Shown here: positions 54,693-64,000 of the stretch, piece after piece | How positions within the stretch are numbered: the stretch's first letter is position 1 | Layout of the letters: every line of letters starts with the position of its first letter | Origin: an uncultured delta proteobacterium | GTDB lineage: Bacteria > Myxococcota_A > Polyangia > Polyangiales > B10-G4 | Reading direction: 5' to 3' | Assembly: GCA_963727445.1 (NCBI GenBank) | Contig: CAVSGI010000020.1 | Span: 64,001-128,000, forward strand | DNA length: 64,000 bases | Made by a program: the position numbers and the translations under genes | The notes under the pieces: generated by a model | Database searches by the model: none | What the model saw: the letters and a program-made list of their open reading frames with translations, nothing else | What the model was told of the DNA's origin: nothing

Positions 54693-56696
54693 GTCGTCTC
54701 CGCCGCACCGCCGGGCTGACCTTGATCGCCGCGCTCCTGTCGGTCGCTGCGCTGACTCACGCGCAGCCCGAGATGGACGAGTTCGACGCGGCGCTCCTCG
54801 CTCCGATGGACGGGGAGGAGGCGACGCCCGACGAGCTTCGCGCCTGGCGCATGGCGGAGCGGCAGCGGCACATCAAGGCTCGCGAGCTCGCCGACGGAGA
54901 TCGTTCGAGACAACCCGCACAGCTACGTCGGACATTTCGTGCTGGGATTCGTGCAGCACTACGCCGAAGCGAACTTCCCGCGTGCGCTCTACCACCACGA
55001 GATCGCGCCTCCGCAGTTCGAGCAGGAGTACGGCGACCGACCCGTGACGCCCGCGCCATGGCGCTGGCACGCGCGCCTGCTCCGCGAGCTCGCCTTCACC
55101 CACGGCGACCTCGAGCACCACGCCGAAAAGGTGGCCTACCTCGATCGCTACAACGAGCTCTACGAGCCCGACATGATCGCCGAGCGCGCCTGGCCGCTGA
55201 TGAAGATGGGCCTCTACGAAGCGGCGCGGCAGGCGGCCGAGGAAGGCCTGACGGAAGGCTCGCCGCGCCAGGTGGAGGTCGCGCTCAACGCGCTCTGCGC
55301 CATCGAGTTCGAGGCGGGCCACGACGGGGCGAGCTACGAGGCGTGCAAGAACGCGCTCGACTACGGCCGCGCCAAGCCGGGCGGTCCCAACGCCGTCGAC
55401 CTGACGAACTTCGCCGAGGCGGCGCGCAGCCTCTTCAAGCTCGACGAGGCGGAGCGCATCGGCCTCGAGGCCACGGAGGCCGAGGTCGCCTGGTACGGCA
55501 ACCCGTGGATCGAGTTGGCCGAGCTCTACATGCGCGAGGGGCGCTTCCCCGAGGCGCTGAGCGCGCTCAAACAGGTGCCGGCCTATCGCGCGCAGCGGCC
55601 GCCCCACGTGCGCGACGCCGACCGCAACGAAGGGCGCCGCGCGCTGTCGAGCTTCTTCGTCGTGGTCGGTCGCGACGAGGACGCGCGGCGCATCACCGAA
55701 AAGGCGCTGATCGCGCCCGACCGCCGCGCGCACAACAGCCGCGACCCGAAACAGGACCTGGCGATCGCGGCGCTCCTCGATCGGCGCGCGAATCTGATGG
55801 CGGCCGAGCGCGTGGTGGAAGAGGCGTCGGCGCGGCCCTTCTGGGAGAACCCGCCGCGATGGGCGGAGGCGGTGTGGCTGCGCGCCAAGGCATGGATGAG
55901 CGGGCGACAGGCGGCGCGGGCGATCGCGGACGACGCGCGCCTCGTCGGCACCTTCCGCATCGGGAGCGCGCGCGGGGCGATCATGCCGCCCTGGCTCGCG
56001 GGCGAGTTGGTCGACGTCGCCGGTCCGGGGATCGTCGCCGAGTCCGTCCGCCTCGCGCGGGAGGAGGACGACCGCGAGGGGGCGGTCGCATATTACGATG
56101 CCTTCGCCGCCGAGGCGGCGCTCTCGGCGGGTGACGAGGGCGAAGCGCGACGGCTGGCGGCGCGGGCGCTCGAGGCGCTGAATCCGGCCGAGGCGCTCTT
56201 GCGCGCCCGGGTACATGCGGTGGCCGCCGAGGCGGCCGTGCGCGAGGGGGAGGAGCGCGGCGCGCTCGCCGACTACGAGACGGCCTTCGGGATCGATCCC
56301 GGCGTGTTCCGGCGTCTGGGCTTTGCCGTGCCGGTGCGCATCCGTGAGAGCGGCGGGAGCGTGGCGGAAGCCGTGGGCTCGGCGATGCGCTGGTCGCCCC
56401 GCTTCTACGAGAGCGAGGTCGGCCTGACGATCCGCATCGAGAGCGACGGAGCCACCGGCGAGGTCTGCCTCGTCGGCCCGAGCGGCGGGGTCCTGGGCTG
56501 CGCCGATGCGACCCGCGAGACCGCAGAGGACGAAGAGCGGTTCGCGGCGCGCCTCGCCGACGCCTTCCATGAGGCCGCCTTCGCGCCGATCATCTCGCTC
56601 ACCCAGGCCGACGCGAACAGCCTCGACGGAAGCAACCGCGTGACCCGCGATCCCCTCGAAGGCCTCTTCGAGCAGGTCGAGCCGCCGACGGATTGA
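54689..56696 (+). CDS. Secreted TPR-like protein (frameshift near 54895)
   Basis: GTG overlap, signal peptide, helical repeats. Confidence 0.75.
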
Positions 56697-56702
56697 GCGG
56701 GC

Positions 56703-57059
56703 TCAGCCGCGCCCGCAGGCCGCGAGCACGGCGTCGGGCGGTCTGGCGATGCCGATCCCTCCGTACCCTCCGAGCGAGCGAACCTGTCGCTGCGCCTGGG
56801 CCTGCTCCTCCTCGTCGATGCGCTCTCCGCGCGCCTCGTCGGCATCGGCGAGGACGCGATCGACGCGAGCCAGGCGCGCGGTCTCCGCTTGCGGGTCGTA
56901 GGCGACTGGATCGCTCGGCGTCTCGGTGACGGGCGTCGGCGCGATCGGCTGGGGCTGGGGTGGATCGGCCGGCCCCGAGCTGCTGCAACCCGCCACGGCT
57001 GCCGCGAGCAGCGGGCCACGCACGACCGTCAACACCGAGTTGGGGATACGCATCGCCAT
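56703..57059 (-). CDS. Small lipoprotein ending ACGRG
   Basis: MAMRIPNSVL...VAGCSSS...PDAVLAACGRG*. Confidence 0.7.
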   Translation of the reverse strand: MAMRIPNSVLTVVRGPLLAAAVAGCSSSGPADPPQPQPIAPTPVTETPSDPVAYDPQAETARLARVDRVLADADEARGERIDEEEQAQAQRQVRSLGGYGGIGIARPPDAVLAACGRG

Positions 57060-57064
57060 CGCTC

Positions 57065-58252
57065 CTAGGTGCAGGTCCCGCCGACGCAAAGCGAACCGGG
57101 CGAGCACGCCGTGGCGCAGGCGCCGCAGTGTTCGGGGTCGAAGTCGAGGTCCACGCAACCCGCCGAGCTGCCACACCAGTCGAAACCGAAGCTGCAGCGA
57201 CAGGACCCGGAGCTGCAGATCCGGTAGCCGCCGCAGTCGTTGCCGCAGCTCCCGCAATGGTAGGGGTTCGCGTTGGTGTCGACGCAGAGCGTGCCGCAGA
57301 GCGTGAAACCGGCGGGACACGTGGGCTGGCAGGTGGCGGCGACGCACAACTCACCCGTCGTGCAGGCATTGCCGCAAGCGCCGCAGTGGCTGGGGTCCGA
57401 CGTCACATCGACGCAGGCGCCACCGCAGGGCGTCGCCGGCGGCTTGCAACGACAGACTCCGTCGTCGCAGTACTGGTCGGAGTCACAGCGGTTGCCGCAG
57501 CTCCCGCAGTGGTACTCGCTGATCCGCAGGTCGGGACAGAAGGGGCCGCACGACGTGTAGGCCGGCAGGCACTCGCAGCTCCCGCCGTTGCAGGTCTCGT
57601 AGCTGCTGCAGGACGTCCCGCAGGAGCCGCAGTGGCTCTCGTCGGTGTTGGGATTCACGCAGGTGCCGCCGCAGCTGATCCGGCCGGTCGGACAGCCTCC
57701 ACCGTCCGAGACCATCGTGTCCGCGGGGCCCGTATCCATCACGGTGGAGTCGGGGGGGGCCGTATCCGACACCGTCGTGTCGGGCACCCCGGTGTCGGGC
57801 ACCCCGGTGTCGGGCATCGAGCTATCCATGCCGCTGTCGGCGACGCCGCAGGTGCCGTCAGTGCACTCCGCGAGCGGACACGCCGCATCGGGGGCCGCGG
57901 CGAGCGCGAGCTCCACCGTCACCGGCTCCTCCGCGGCGAGCGGAAGCGTCGCGCTGGCGCTGCCCGTCGCGAACCATTCGCAGGCGTCGTTGCGGGCACG
58001 GCCGGCGAAGCAGTACTCACCGCTGCCGAGGCGAGGGGGCGCCTCGGGGCTGCCGGTCGGTCCGAGCTCCACCTGATAGAGCTCCTCGGTTCCGGGGCAG
58101 GCGCCGCGGGTGATGGTGGCTTCGATCGCGCGAACGTCGGCCGCGTTCACGCCCGCTCCGAGGGTGAAGCGCCAGCTCGCGGCGTGGGGATCCGCGTTAC
58201 AGCCCGCAGCGATCCACAGCGCTGCCATGGCGATGGCGACTCTCCGACCCAC
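57065..58252 (-). CDS. Cys-rich lipoprotein with HCGxCGxxC repeats
   Basis: AAGC lipobox; repeated CVD...DP.HCGACG.AC. Confidence 0.85.
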   Translation of the reverse strand: MGRRVAIAMAALWIAAGCNADPHAASWRFTLGAGVNAADVRAIEATITRGACPGTEELYQVELGPTGSPEAPPRLGSGEYCFAGRARNDACEWFATGSASATLPLAAEEPVTVELALAAAPDAACPLAECTDGTCGVADSGMDSSMPDTGVPDTGVPDTTVSDTAPPDSTVMDTGPADTMVSDGGGCPTGRISCGGTCVNPNTDESHCGSCGTSCSSYETCNGGSCECLPAYTSCGPFCPDLRISEYHCGSCGNRCDSDQYCDDGVCRCKPPATPCGGACVDVTSDPSHCGACGNACTTGELCVAATCQPTCPAGFTLCGTLCVDTNANPYHCGSCGNDCGGYRICSSGSCRCSFGFDWCGSSAGCVDLDFDPEHCGACATACSPGSLCVGGTCT

Positions 58253-58312
58253 ACCGCGATGATAGTACGGAAAGCAGCCCCTGGCCCAGGTGCCTGGCTG
58301 GCCCTTCGGGCC

Positions 58313-59488
58313 TCAGCTTCCGGCTTGCCGGCACGCGGTCGAATAGGTTCCACAGCAATCCTCGCAGGAACGCGGGTCCACGTGGAAGTTGAGCCAACGG
58401 CCGTCGCGGCAGACCTGGGAGACGTTCGAGCCCAGGCTCGGGCTCTGGACGCAGCGCCACGCTTCGGGCGTGGAGCAGCTGCCGCCGTCCGTGGTCGACA
58501 TGTGGCCCTCGACGCTGCAGCTGGCCGTCGGGCACGCTCCACAGTCGGCTGCGCACGAAGAGCAGGACTCGGTGCTGTCGCAGGTTCCGTCGCCACAGGA
58601 CGGCGTGGCGGGGCAGGCACCGCAATCGGCCGCGCACGAGTCGCAGGACTCGGTGCTGTCGCAGGTTCCGTCGCCACAGGACGGCATGGCGGGGCAGGCG
58701 CCGCAATCGGCCGCGCACGCGTCGCAAGTCTCCCCGCTGTCGCAGGTTCCGTCGCCGCAGCTCGGCGCGGGCGGGGGCGTCGTGCCGCCGTCATCCGACG
58801 CGGCGAAGAAGAAGTCCTCGCCCATGATGTCGAGGACCTCCTGGTGACAGCGCCGATAGCGTGCCGAGCGCGAGGCGTAGATACTGCACGAGCCCCGCAT
58901 GCAACCGTTGTAGTAGCCGGTCACCGTGTCGATCCACTCGTCGTAGCCTGCGCTCCCCGGGCGAATGCGGTTCATCCAGTCGAGCGCCTCCTCGCGCGTG
59001 GATACGCCCGAGACGAAGCGCGAGCGGACGACCATGTCGGTGGTGAAGCGCACCGCCGCGTCGATGTTGCCGTCCAGCGTCAGGATCCCCCGCCCCTCGC
59101 GCCGCAGGGTGTCGTCGTAGTTTCCGGCATCGAATTGGAAGAGCCCGAGGCCTCCCTGTCGCCGCCAGCAAGCGCCGTCACCAGAGCCTGCGATCACCGG
59201 CCCGCCGCCGCAGCTCGAGCTGGCAGGTCCGCGGCAGGCCCAGGTCGCCTCCGACCAGCAATGCGCCAGCTGCGTCTCGCACTTGGCGATCGAGGACAGC
59301 AGCCAGTGGTTGTCCAGGCCCTGGCGGATGCTCTCGTCGCGCACCGCCGTCAGGCGCGCTTCCTCTTGCGACCGGGTGAGCTCGGTTCCGAGGGTGTCGA
59401 AGGGGTTGTCCTCCGAGTCGGCCATCTCGGCTGCGCAGCCGAAGAAGAGCGGGATGACCAAGACTAGGCTTGAGTACGAGAGGCGCAT
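58313..59488 (-). CDS. Lipoprotein with lysozyme/SLT-like domain and CGDGTCD repeats
   Basis: FFGC lipobox; SSIAKCET...GLGLFQF...NID...YYN; three SCGDGTCDS.E.C..CAADCG repeats. Confidence 0.65.
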   Translation of the reverse strand: MRLSYSSLVLVIPLFFGCAAEMADSEDNPFDTLGTELTRSQEEARLTAVRDESIRQGLDNHWLLSSIAKCETQLAHCWSEATWACRGPASSSCGGGPVIAGSGDGACWRRQGGLGLFQFDAGNYDDTLRREGRGILTLDGNIDAAVRFTTDMVVRSRFVSGVSTREEALDWMNRIRPGSAGYDEWIDTVTGYYNGCMRGSCSIYASRSARYRRCHQEVLDIMGEDFFFAASDDGGTTPPPAPSCGDGTCDSGETCDACAADCGACPAMPSCGDGTCDSTESCDSCAADCGACPATPSCGDGTCDSTESCSSCAADCGACPTASCSVEGHMSTTDGGSCSTPEAWRCVQSPSLGSNVSQVCRDGRWLNFHVDPRSCEDCCGTYSTACRQAGS

Positions 59489-59640
59489 GCCGGGCTCCTT
59501 CGCAACCCCCGTTCCAGGACGGATTGGGGGGAAAAGGGAACAATTCCGTTCCGCCTCGTGCAGTCGACCCACGGGTTGGAACACCCCGGAAGCGGTCTCT
59601 GGTCTCCACTCGGGCCCAAGACTCTGATAACCAAGCGTGG

Positions 59641-61149
59641 GTGTTCGGCGACTGGTTCCGATTGGTGATTCAGCAAGGGGCCTACACCTCCCTCGGGGGT
59701 GTAGGCATCACCATCGCCCTCGTCCTCTTAATCCTGCTCCGGGTTTTGCTGCCGGAGTCGGAGCGCAAGCAGATCCGAATTCCGCTGCTCCTGCTCGCGG
59801 GCAACATCGCGATCGTCGTCTTCCGTTCTCTCGTCGCGATCCCCCAGGGCCTCGACAAGCCCCTCGCCGCGGTGGGCCTGGTGATGATCCTGGCCTGCCT
59901 CGGTCGCTCGGGCTTCCTGCTCCTCGTCGACTATCTGGTGGGCCGGCGGCTCGCGCGTCCGCTCCCGAAGATCTTCCGCGACATCATCCAGGCGGTCGTC
60001 TATCTCGGCGTCGCCTTCCTCACGCTTCCCTTCTTCGGCGTGGAGCCCGGCTCGCTGCTGACGACGTCCGCGCTGATCACGGCGGTCATCGGTCTTTCGC
60101 TCCAGGAGACCCTCGGCAACCTCTTCGCCGGGCTGGCGATCCAGGCGCAGCGCCCCTTCGAGGTCGGCGACTGGATCCGGTTCGACCTGGACGAGGGCCT
60201 CACCGGCCGGGTCACCGAGATCAACTGGCGCGCGACCAAGGTCATGACCGACGCGCAGGTCGAGGTGATCGTTCCCAACGGACCCCTCGCCAAGGCGCCC
60301 ATCTCCAACTACACGCAGCCCACGCGGGTGAGCCGCCGCGAGGCGATCGTGTCCGCCGAGTACGAGGCGGCGCCCCATCTGGTGATGAAGGCGCTCCTCG
60401 AGGCGGTGAAAGCGACCCCCGAGGTCCTGAACACGCCCGCGCCGGACGTGGTGCTTCACGAGTACGGCAACAGCGGCATCGAGTACCACCTGCGCTACTA
60501 CATTCGAGACTTCGCGCGGCGCGCGGTGATCGATTCCTCGGTGCGCGTGCGCATCTGGTACGCGTTTCAGCGCAATCAGCTCTCGATTCCATTCCCCATC
60601 CGCGACGTGCGCTCCCGCGACATGACGACCGTGGAGGAGCGCGAGGCGGAGGAGACGCGTTCGGCGCGGCGGCGCGCCCTCGAAGGCATCGACTTCCTGC
60701 GGGAGCTGCCCACCGAGGTCATGGACCACCTGGTGGAGCGGACCAAGGTGGCGCTCTTCTCCGACGGAGAGAACATCATCGAGCAGGGCGACGCGGGCGA
60801 CGAGCTCTTCATCGTCAACGAGGGCGAGGTCGCCATCATCGTCAACAAGACCGAGGTCGCCCGGCTGGGTCAGGGGAAGTTCTTCGGTGAGATGTCGCTC
60901 CTCACCGGTGAAAAGCGCACGGCGACGGTCGCCGCGCGCGGGCCGGCGCAGCTCTTCGTGATCTCGAGCGCCGTGATGCGCGAAATGTTGGAGAAGGATC
61001 CGAGCCTCGCAGAGCACCTGGCCGAGGTCCTCGCCCGGCGCAAGGCGCAGCTCGAGGAGCAGAAGACCGGCACCCCGCCGTCGAAGAACGAGGAGAAGGC
61101 CGAGACCAACATCCTGCTCAGCCGGATCCGCTCCTTCTTCTCGCTTTGA
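59641..61149 (+). CDS. MscS-family channel with cNMP-binding domain
   Basis: GLSLQETLGNLFAG...PFEVGDWI...INWRAT; FFGEMSLLTGEKRTATV. Confidence 0.92.
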   Translation: MFGDWFRLVIQQGAYTSLGGVGITIALVLLILLRVLLPESERKQIRIPLLLLAGNIAIVVFRSLVAIPQGLDKPLAAVGLVMILACLGRSGFLLLVDYLVGRRLARPLPKIFRDIIQAVVYLGVAFLTLPFFGVEPGSLLTTSALITAVIGLSLQETLGNLFAGLAIQAQRPFEVGDWIRFDLDEGLTGRVTEINWRATKVMTDAQVEVIVPNGPLAKAPISNYTQPTRVSRREAIVSAEYEAAPHLVMKALLEAVKATPEVLNTPAPDVVLHEYGNSGIEYHLRYYIRDFARRAVIDSSVRVRIWYAFQRNQLSIPFPIRDVRSRDMTTVEEREAEETRSARRRALEGIDFLRELPTEVMDHLVERTKVALFSDGENIIEQGDAGDELFIVNEGEVAIIVNKTEVARLGQGKFFGEMSLLTGEKRTATVAARGPAQLFVISSAVMREMLEKDPSLAEHLAEVLARRKAQLEEQKTGTPPSKNEEKAETNILLSRIRSFFSL

Positions 61150-61171
61150 GCTCCGGAGGCGGCGCGGCGGA

Positions 61172-61870
61172 TCAGCGCTGGTCGCCCCACAAGCGAACGC
61201 CGCCGGTCATCCCCTCGACGTTGCTGAAGAGACGGACGTTCTTCGGCAGGTCGTCGCTCAGCTTCTTCGCGTTGCCGCCGCCGATGTGGATCAGGTCGGG
61301 GTTGAAGATGCGCTCGATCGTCGACAGGCAGAGGTCGACGCGCTTGCGCCACTTCTTCTTCCCTATCCGATCGAGCTCGTCGTCCGAGACGAGGTCCTGA
61401 TAGCTCTTCTTCTTCTTCAGCGGGTGGTGACCGAGCTCGAGGTTTGGCACCAGGTGACCGTCGAGGTAGAGCGCGGTGCCGAGGCCGGTGCCCAGCGTCA
61501 GCACCATCTCGACCCCCTCGCCCTCGATCACGCCGTAGCCCTGAAGGTCGGCGTCGTTGAGGGCGCGCGCCGGCTTGCCCGTCATGTCCGCCAGGGCCTT
61601 GGCCAGATCGAAGTCCCGCCAGGCCTCGTTGCCGAGGACAGGTGCGGTCCGAACCACGCCCCTCGTGACCACGCCCGGGAACCCGACCGAGACGCGATCG
61701 AAGGACTTCTGCTCGCCGACCATCTTCTCGATCACCTCGAGCACTGGCACCGGCCAGGCGGGATCGGGCGTCAGCTCGCGGTGTCGCTCGTCGAGGGGCT
61801 CACCCTCCGCGTCCACGGGAAGCATCTTGGTGCCCGTGCCACCGATGTCGATCACCAGCGTGCGCATCAA
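61172..61870 (-). CDS. ppgK: ROK-family (polyphosphate) glucokinase
   Basis: DIGGTGTK, VGFPG, NDADLQG, LTLGTGLG, PNLELGH. Confidence 0.8.
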   Translation of the reverse strand: MMRTLVIDIGGTGTKMLPVDAEGEPLDERHRELTPDPAWPVPVLEVIEKMVGEQKSFDRVSVGFPGVVTRGVVRTAPVLGNEAWRDFDLAKALADMTGKPARALNDADLQGYGVIEGEGVEMVLTLGTGLGTALYLDGHLVPNLELGHHPLKKKKSYQDLVSDDELDRIGKKKWRKRVDLCLSTIERIFNPDLIHIGGGNAKKLSDDLPKNVRLFSNVEGMTGGVRLWGDQR

Positions 61871-63282
61871 TCACCCAGCCAGTCGGTGTGGACGAAGGGA
61901 CCCTCTGGATCGTCGAGGCGCTGATAGGTGTGGGAGCCGAAGGCGTCTCGCTGGGCCTGGGTGAGATTCTGCGGCAGGCGGGCCGAGCGGTAGCTGTCGA
62001 AATAGGCGAGACCCGAGGCCATGCCGGGGACGGGAATGCCGGCCTGCTGCGCCGTCGCGACCACGTCGCGCCAGGCCTGCTGCCGGCTCTCGACGCCCTC
62101 GTGCAGCTCGCTGTCGAGGAGCAGGTTGGGCAGCGCGCGGTTGTTCTCGTAGGCCTTCATGATCGTATCGAGGAAGCGTGCGCGGATGATGCAGCCGCCC
62201 TTCCAGATGCGCGCAACCTCACGAAGATCGATCGACCAGCCGTGCGTCTCGGAGAGCTGGGCGATCAGCGACATCCCCTGCGCGTAGGCGACCACCTTGG
62301 CGGCGTAGAGCGCGTCGTGGACCTTTGCTGCGAACGCGACGGGGTCGTCGATGCGCGCCGGCGCCGGCGGACCCGAGAGCACCTCGGAGGCGTGCACCCG
62401 CTGGCTCTTGAGGCTGGAGAGAACGCGCGCGTCGATCGCGGCCACGATGCTCGGGATCGGGATGCCGTGCTCGATCGCCACCTTGGCAGTCCAGCGACCG
62501 GTGCCCTTCTGCCCGGCCTTGTCGAGCACCGCATCGACGAGGAAGCCGCTGCCCTTCGGGTCGCGCACCTGGAAGATCTTCGCGGTGATCTCGATGAGGA
62601 AGGACTCGAGCGGGCCCTGATTCCAGCCGGAGAAGACCTCGGCCAGGCCGGCCGGGTCGAGGCCACCGACAGTCTTCAGGACGTCGTAGGCCTCCGCGAT
62701 GAACTGCATGTCGGCGTACTCGATGCCGTTGTGCACCATCTTGACGAAGTGCCCCGCGCCGTCGGGCCCGATGTAGGTCACGCAGGGGCCGGAGTCGCTG
62801 CGCGCCGCGATCGCCTCGAGGATGGGCTCGATCTCCGCGTAGGCCTCGCGGTCGCCGCCGGGCATCATCGACGGCCCGTGCCGCGCGCCTTCCTCGCCGC
62901 CGGATACGCCCACGCCGAAGAAGCGGATCCCGTCCTCGGCGGCGCTCTTCTCGCGGCGCCGGGTGTCCTCGTACCACGAGTTGCCGCCGTCGATGACGAT
63001 GTCGCCTTCGTCGAGCAGCGGGCGGAGCTTGTCGAGGACGATGTCCACTGGCTTGCCCGCCTTGATCATCATCATGATCTTGCGCGGCCGCTCGAGTGCG
63101 CCGACGAGCTCTTCGAGCGAGCGGGTGCCGATCAGCTTGCCGCCGCTCTCCTCCACCGCGCTGTCTGTCATCTCCGGCTCGAGGTTGTAGGCGGCGACGC
63201 TGACGTCGTGGTCCAGCAGGTTGAAGGCCAGGTTGCGCCCCATCACCGCCATCCCGATCATTCCGAACTGTGCCTTGCTCAT
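61867..63282 (-). CDS. gnd: 6-phosphogluconate dehydrogenase
   Basis: GMAVMGRN, VSGGEEGA, VKMVHNGIEY, QKGTG, QAQRDAFGSHTY. Confidence 0.97.
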   Translation of the reverse strand: MSKAQFGMIGMAVMGRNLAFNLLDHDVSVAAYNLEPEMTDSAVEESGGKLIGTRSLEELVGALERPRKIMMMIKAGKPVDIVLDKLRPLLDEGDIVIDGGNSWYEDTRRREKSAAEDGIRFFGVGVSGGEEGARHGPSMMPGGDREAYAEIEPILEAIAARSDSGPCVTYIGPDGAGHFVKMVHNGIEYADMQFIAEAYDVLKTVGGLDPAGLAEVFSGWNQGPLESFLIEITAKIFQVRDPKGSGFLVDAVLDKAGQKGTGRWTAKVAIEHGIPIPSIVAAIDARVLSSLKSQRVHASEVLSGPPAPARIDDPVAFAAKVHDALYAAKVVAYAQGMSLIAQLSETHGWSIDLREVARIWKGGCIIRARFLDTIMKAYENNRALPNLLLDSELHEGVESRQQAWRDVVATAQQAGIPVPGMASGLAYFDSYRSARLPQNLTQAQRDAFGSHTYQRLDDPEGPFVHTDWLGD

Positions 63283-64000
63283 GTCTTGTCCTCTGATGTT
63301 TGGGGAGCGAGCTTCGCGGCTGCTTCGTCATCGAGCAGCCAGATCAAGAGCCCGTTGGTCGGTTGAACGCGCGCGGCCGGAAGGACCGGCGCGCCGTCGT
63401 CGATCTGCGCTTTCACTTCTGCGAGGCGCGCGGCCTTGCCTGCACCGGAGACGAGGAAGTAGACCTTCCGCGCCCCCTTGAGCACGGGGAGTCCGAGGCT
63501 CACCCGCTCGGTCGGGGGCACGGGGCTCCGAGTCACGCGGACCCGCTCGCCGCTGTCCAGCTCTGGCGTGCCGGGGAAGAGCGAAGCGGTGTGGCCGTCG
63601 CCGCCCATGCCCAAGAGCACGATGTCGAGCGGTGCGTCGCCCAGCTCCTGCGCGTAGGCACGCGCCGCCTCGGCAGGCGGCAGCTCGCCGCGGATCCGGT
63701 GCACGTTGTCCGCCTCGATGGCGAGAGGATCGAGCAGCGCCTCGCGCGCCATGGCGTAGTTGCTCGACGGATCGTCGGGCGGCACCGCGCGCTCGTCGCC
63801 GAAGAAGACCTCGACCTCGGCCCAGGGAAGGCGCGTGGAGAGCGGAGGCGCGGCGAGGTGCTGATAGACCGGCACCGGCGTGCTCCCACCGGCGAGCGCG
63901 AGGCGACATCGGCCGCGCTCCGCCACGACCTCCTCGATGTCGGCGGCCAAGAGCGCCGCGGCTTCTGCGCTCCACTCGTCCGAAGAAAAGATGCGTAGGT
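63279..64000 (-). CDS. pgl: 6-phosphogluconolactonase (5' end outside window)
   Basis: LAGGSTP, FGDERAVP, LLGMGGDGHTASLFP. Confidence 0.95.
   Translation of the reverse strand, partial: LRIFSSDEWSAEAAALLAADIEEVVAERGRCRLALAGGSTPVPVYQHLAAPPLSTRLPWAEVEVFFGDERAVPPDDPSSNYAMAREALLDPLAIEADNVHRIRGELPPAEAARAYAQELGDAPLDIVLLGMGGDGHTASLFPGTPELDSGERVRVTRSPVPPTERVSLGLPVLKGARKVYFLVSGAGKAARLAEVKAQIDDGAPVLPAARVQPTNGLLIWLLDDEAAAKLAPQTSEDKT

Overview
High-GC bacterial DNA, most likely Myxococcota (Polyangiales/Sandaracinaceae-like; inferred from a MYXO-CTERM-like tail and many CxxGxDxDCDGxxDC repeat lipoproteins). Ordinary blocks: a GldA/F/G-like ABC + DUF4340 operon, a second ABC operon, DUF58-transglutaminase-MoxR-TPR, MscS-cNMP, and pgl-gnd-glucokinase. 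Accessory zones lie at 0.5-12.3 kb and 31-49.4 kb. Main highlights: (1) a teneurin-like Rhs polymorphic toxin with a 230-aa Hint domain, a toxin tip and immunity gene, followed by two orphan cassettes that repeat the Hint domain with Cys1 changed to Ala behind a shared leader. (2) Short repeat arrays with a fixed start and ragged ends; one abuts a RAYT-like HUH (Y1) nuclease gene, and solo copies sit at gene-truncation breakpoints, including the toxin-cassette junctions. (3) A dispersed ~66-bp hairpin element and a patchwork of IS4/IS21/IS66/IS91-like stubs. (4) Sigma54-type promoters before secreted Cys-rich or putative cell-wall-lytic proteins. (5) A lipoprotein ending in ACGRG that resembles MNIO-class RiPP precursors. 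Many single-base frameshifts, even in conserved genes, suggest long-read indel errors. All family calls are by-eye motif recognition; no searches were run.
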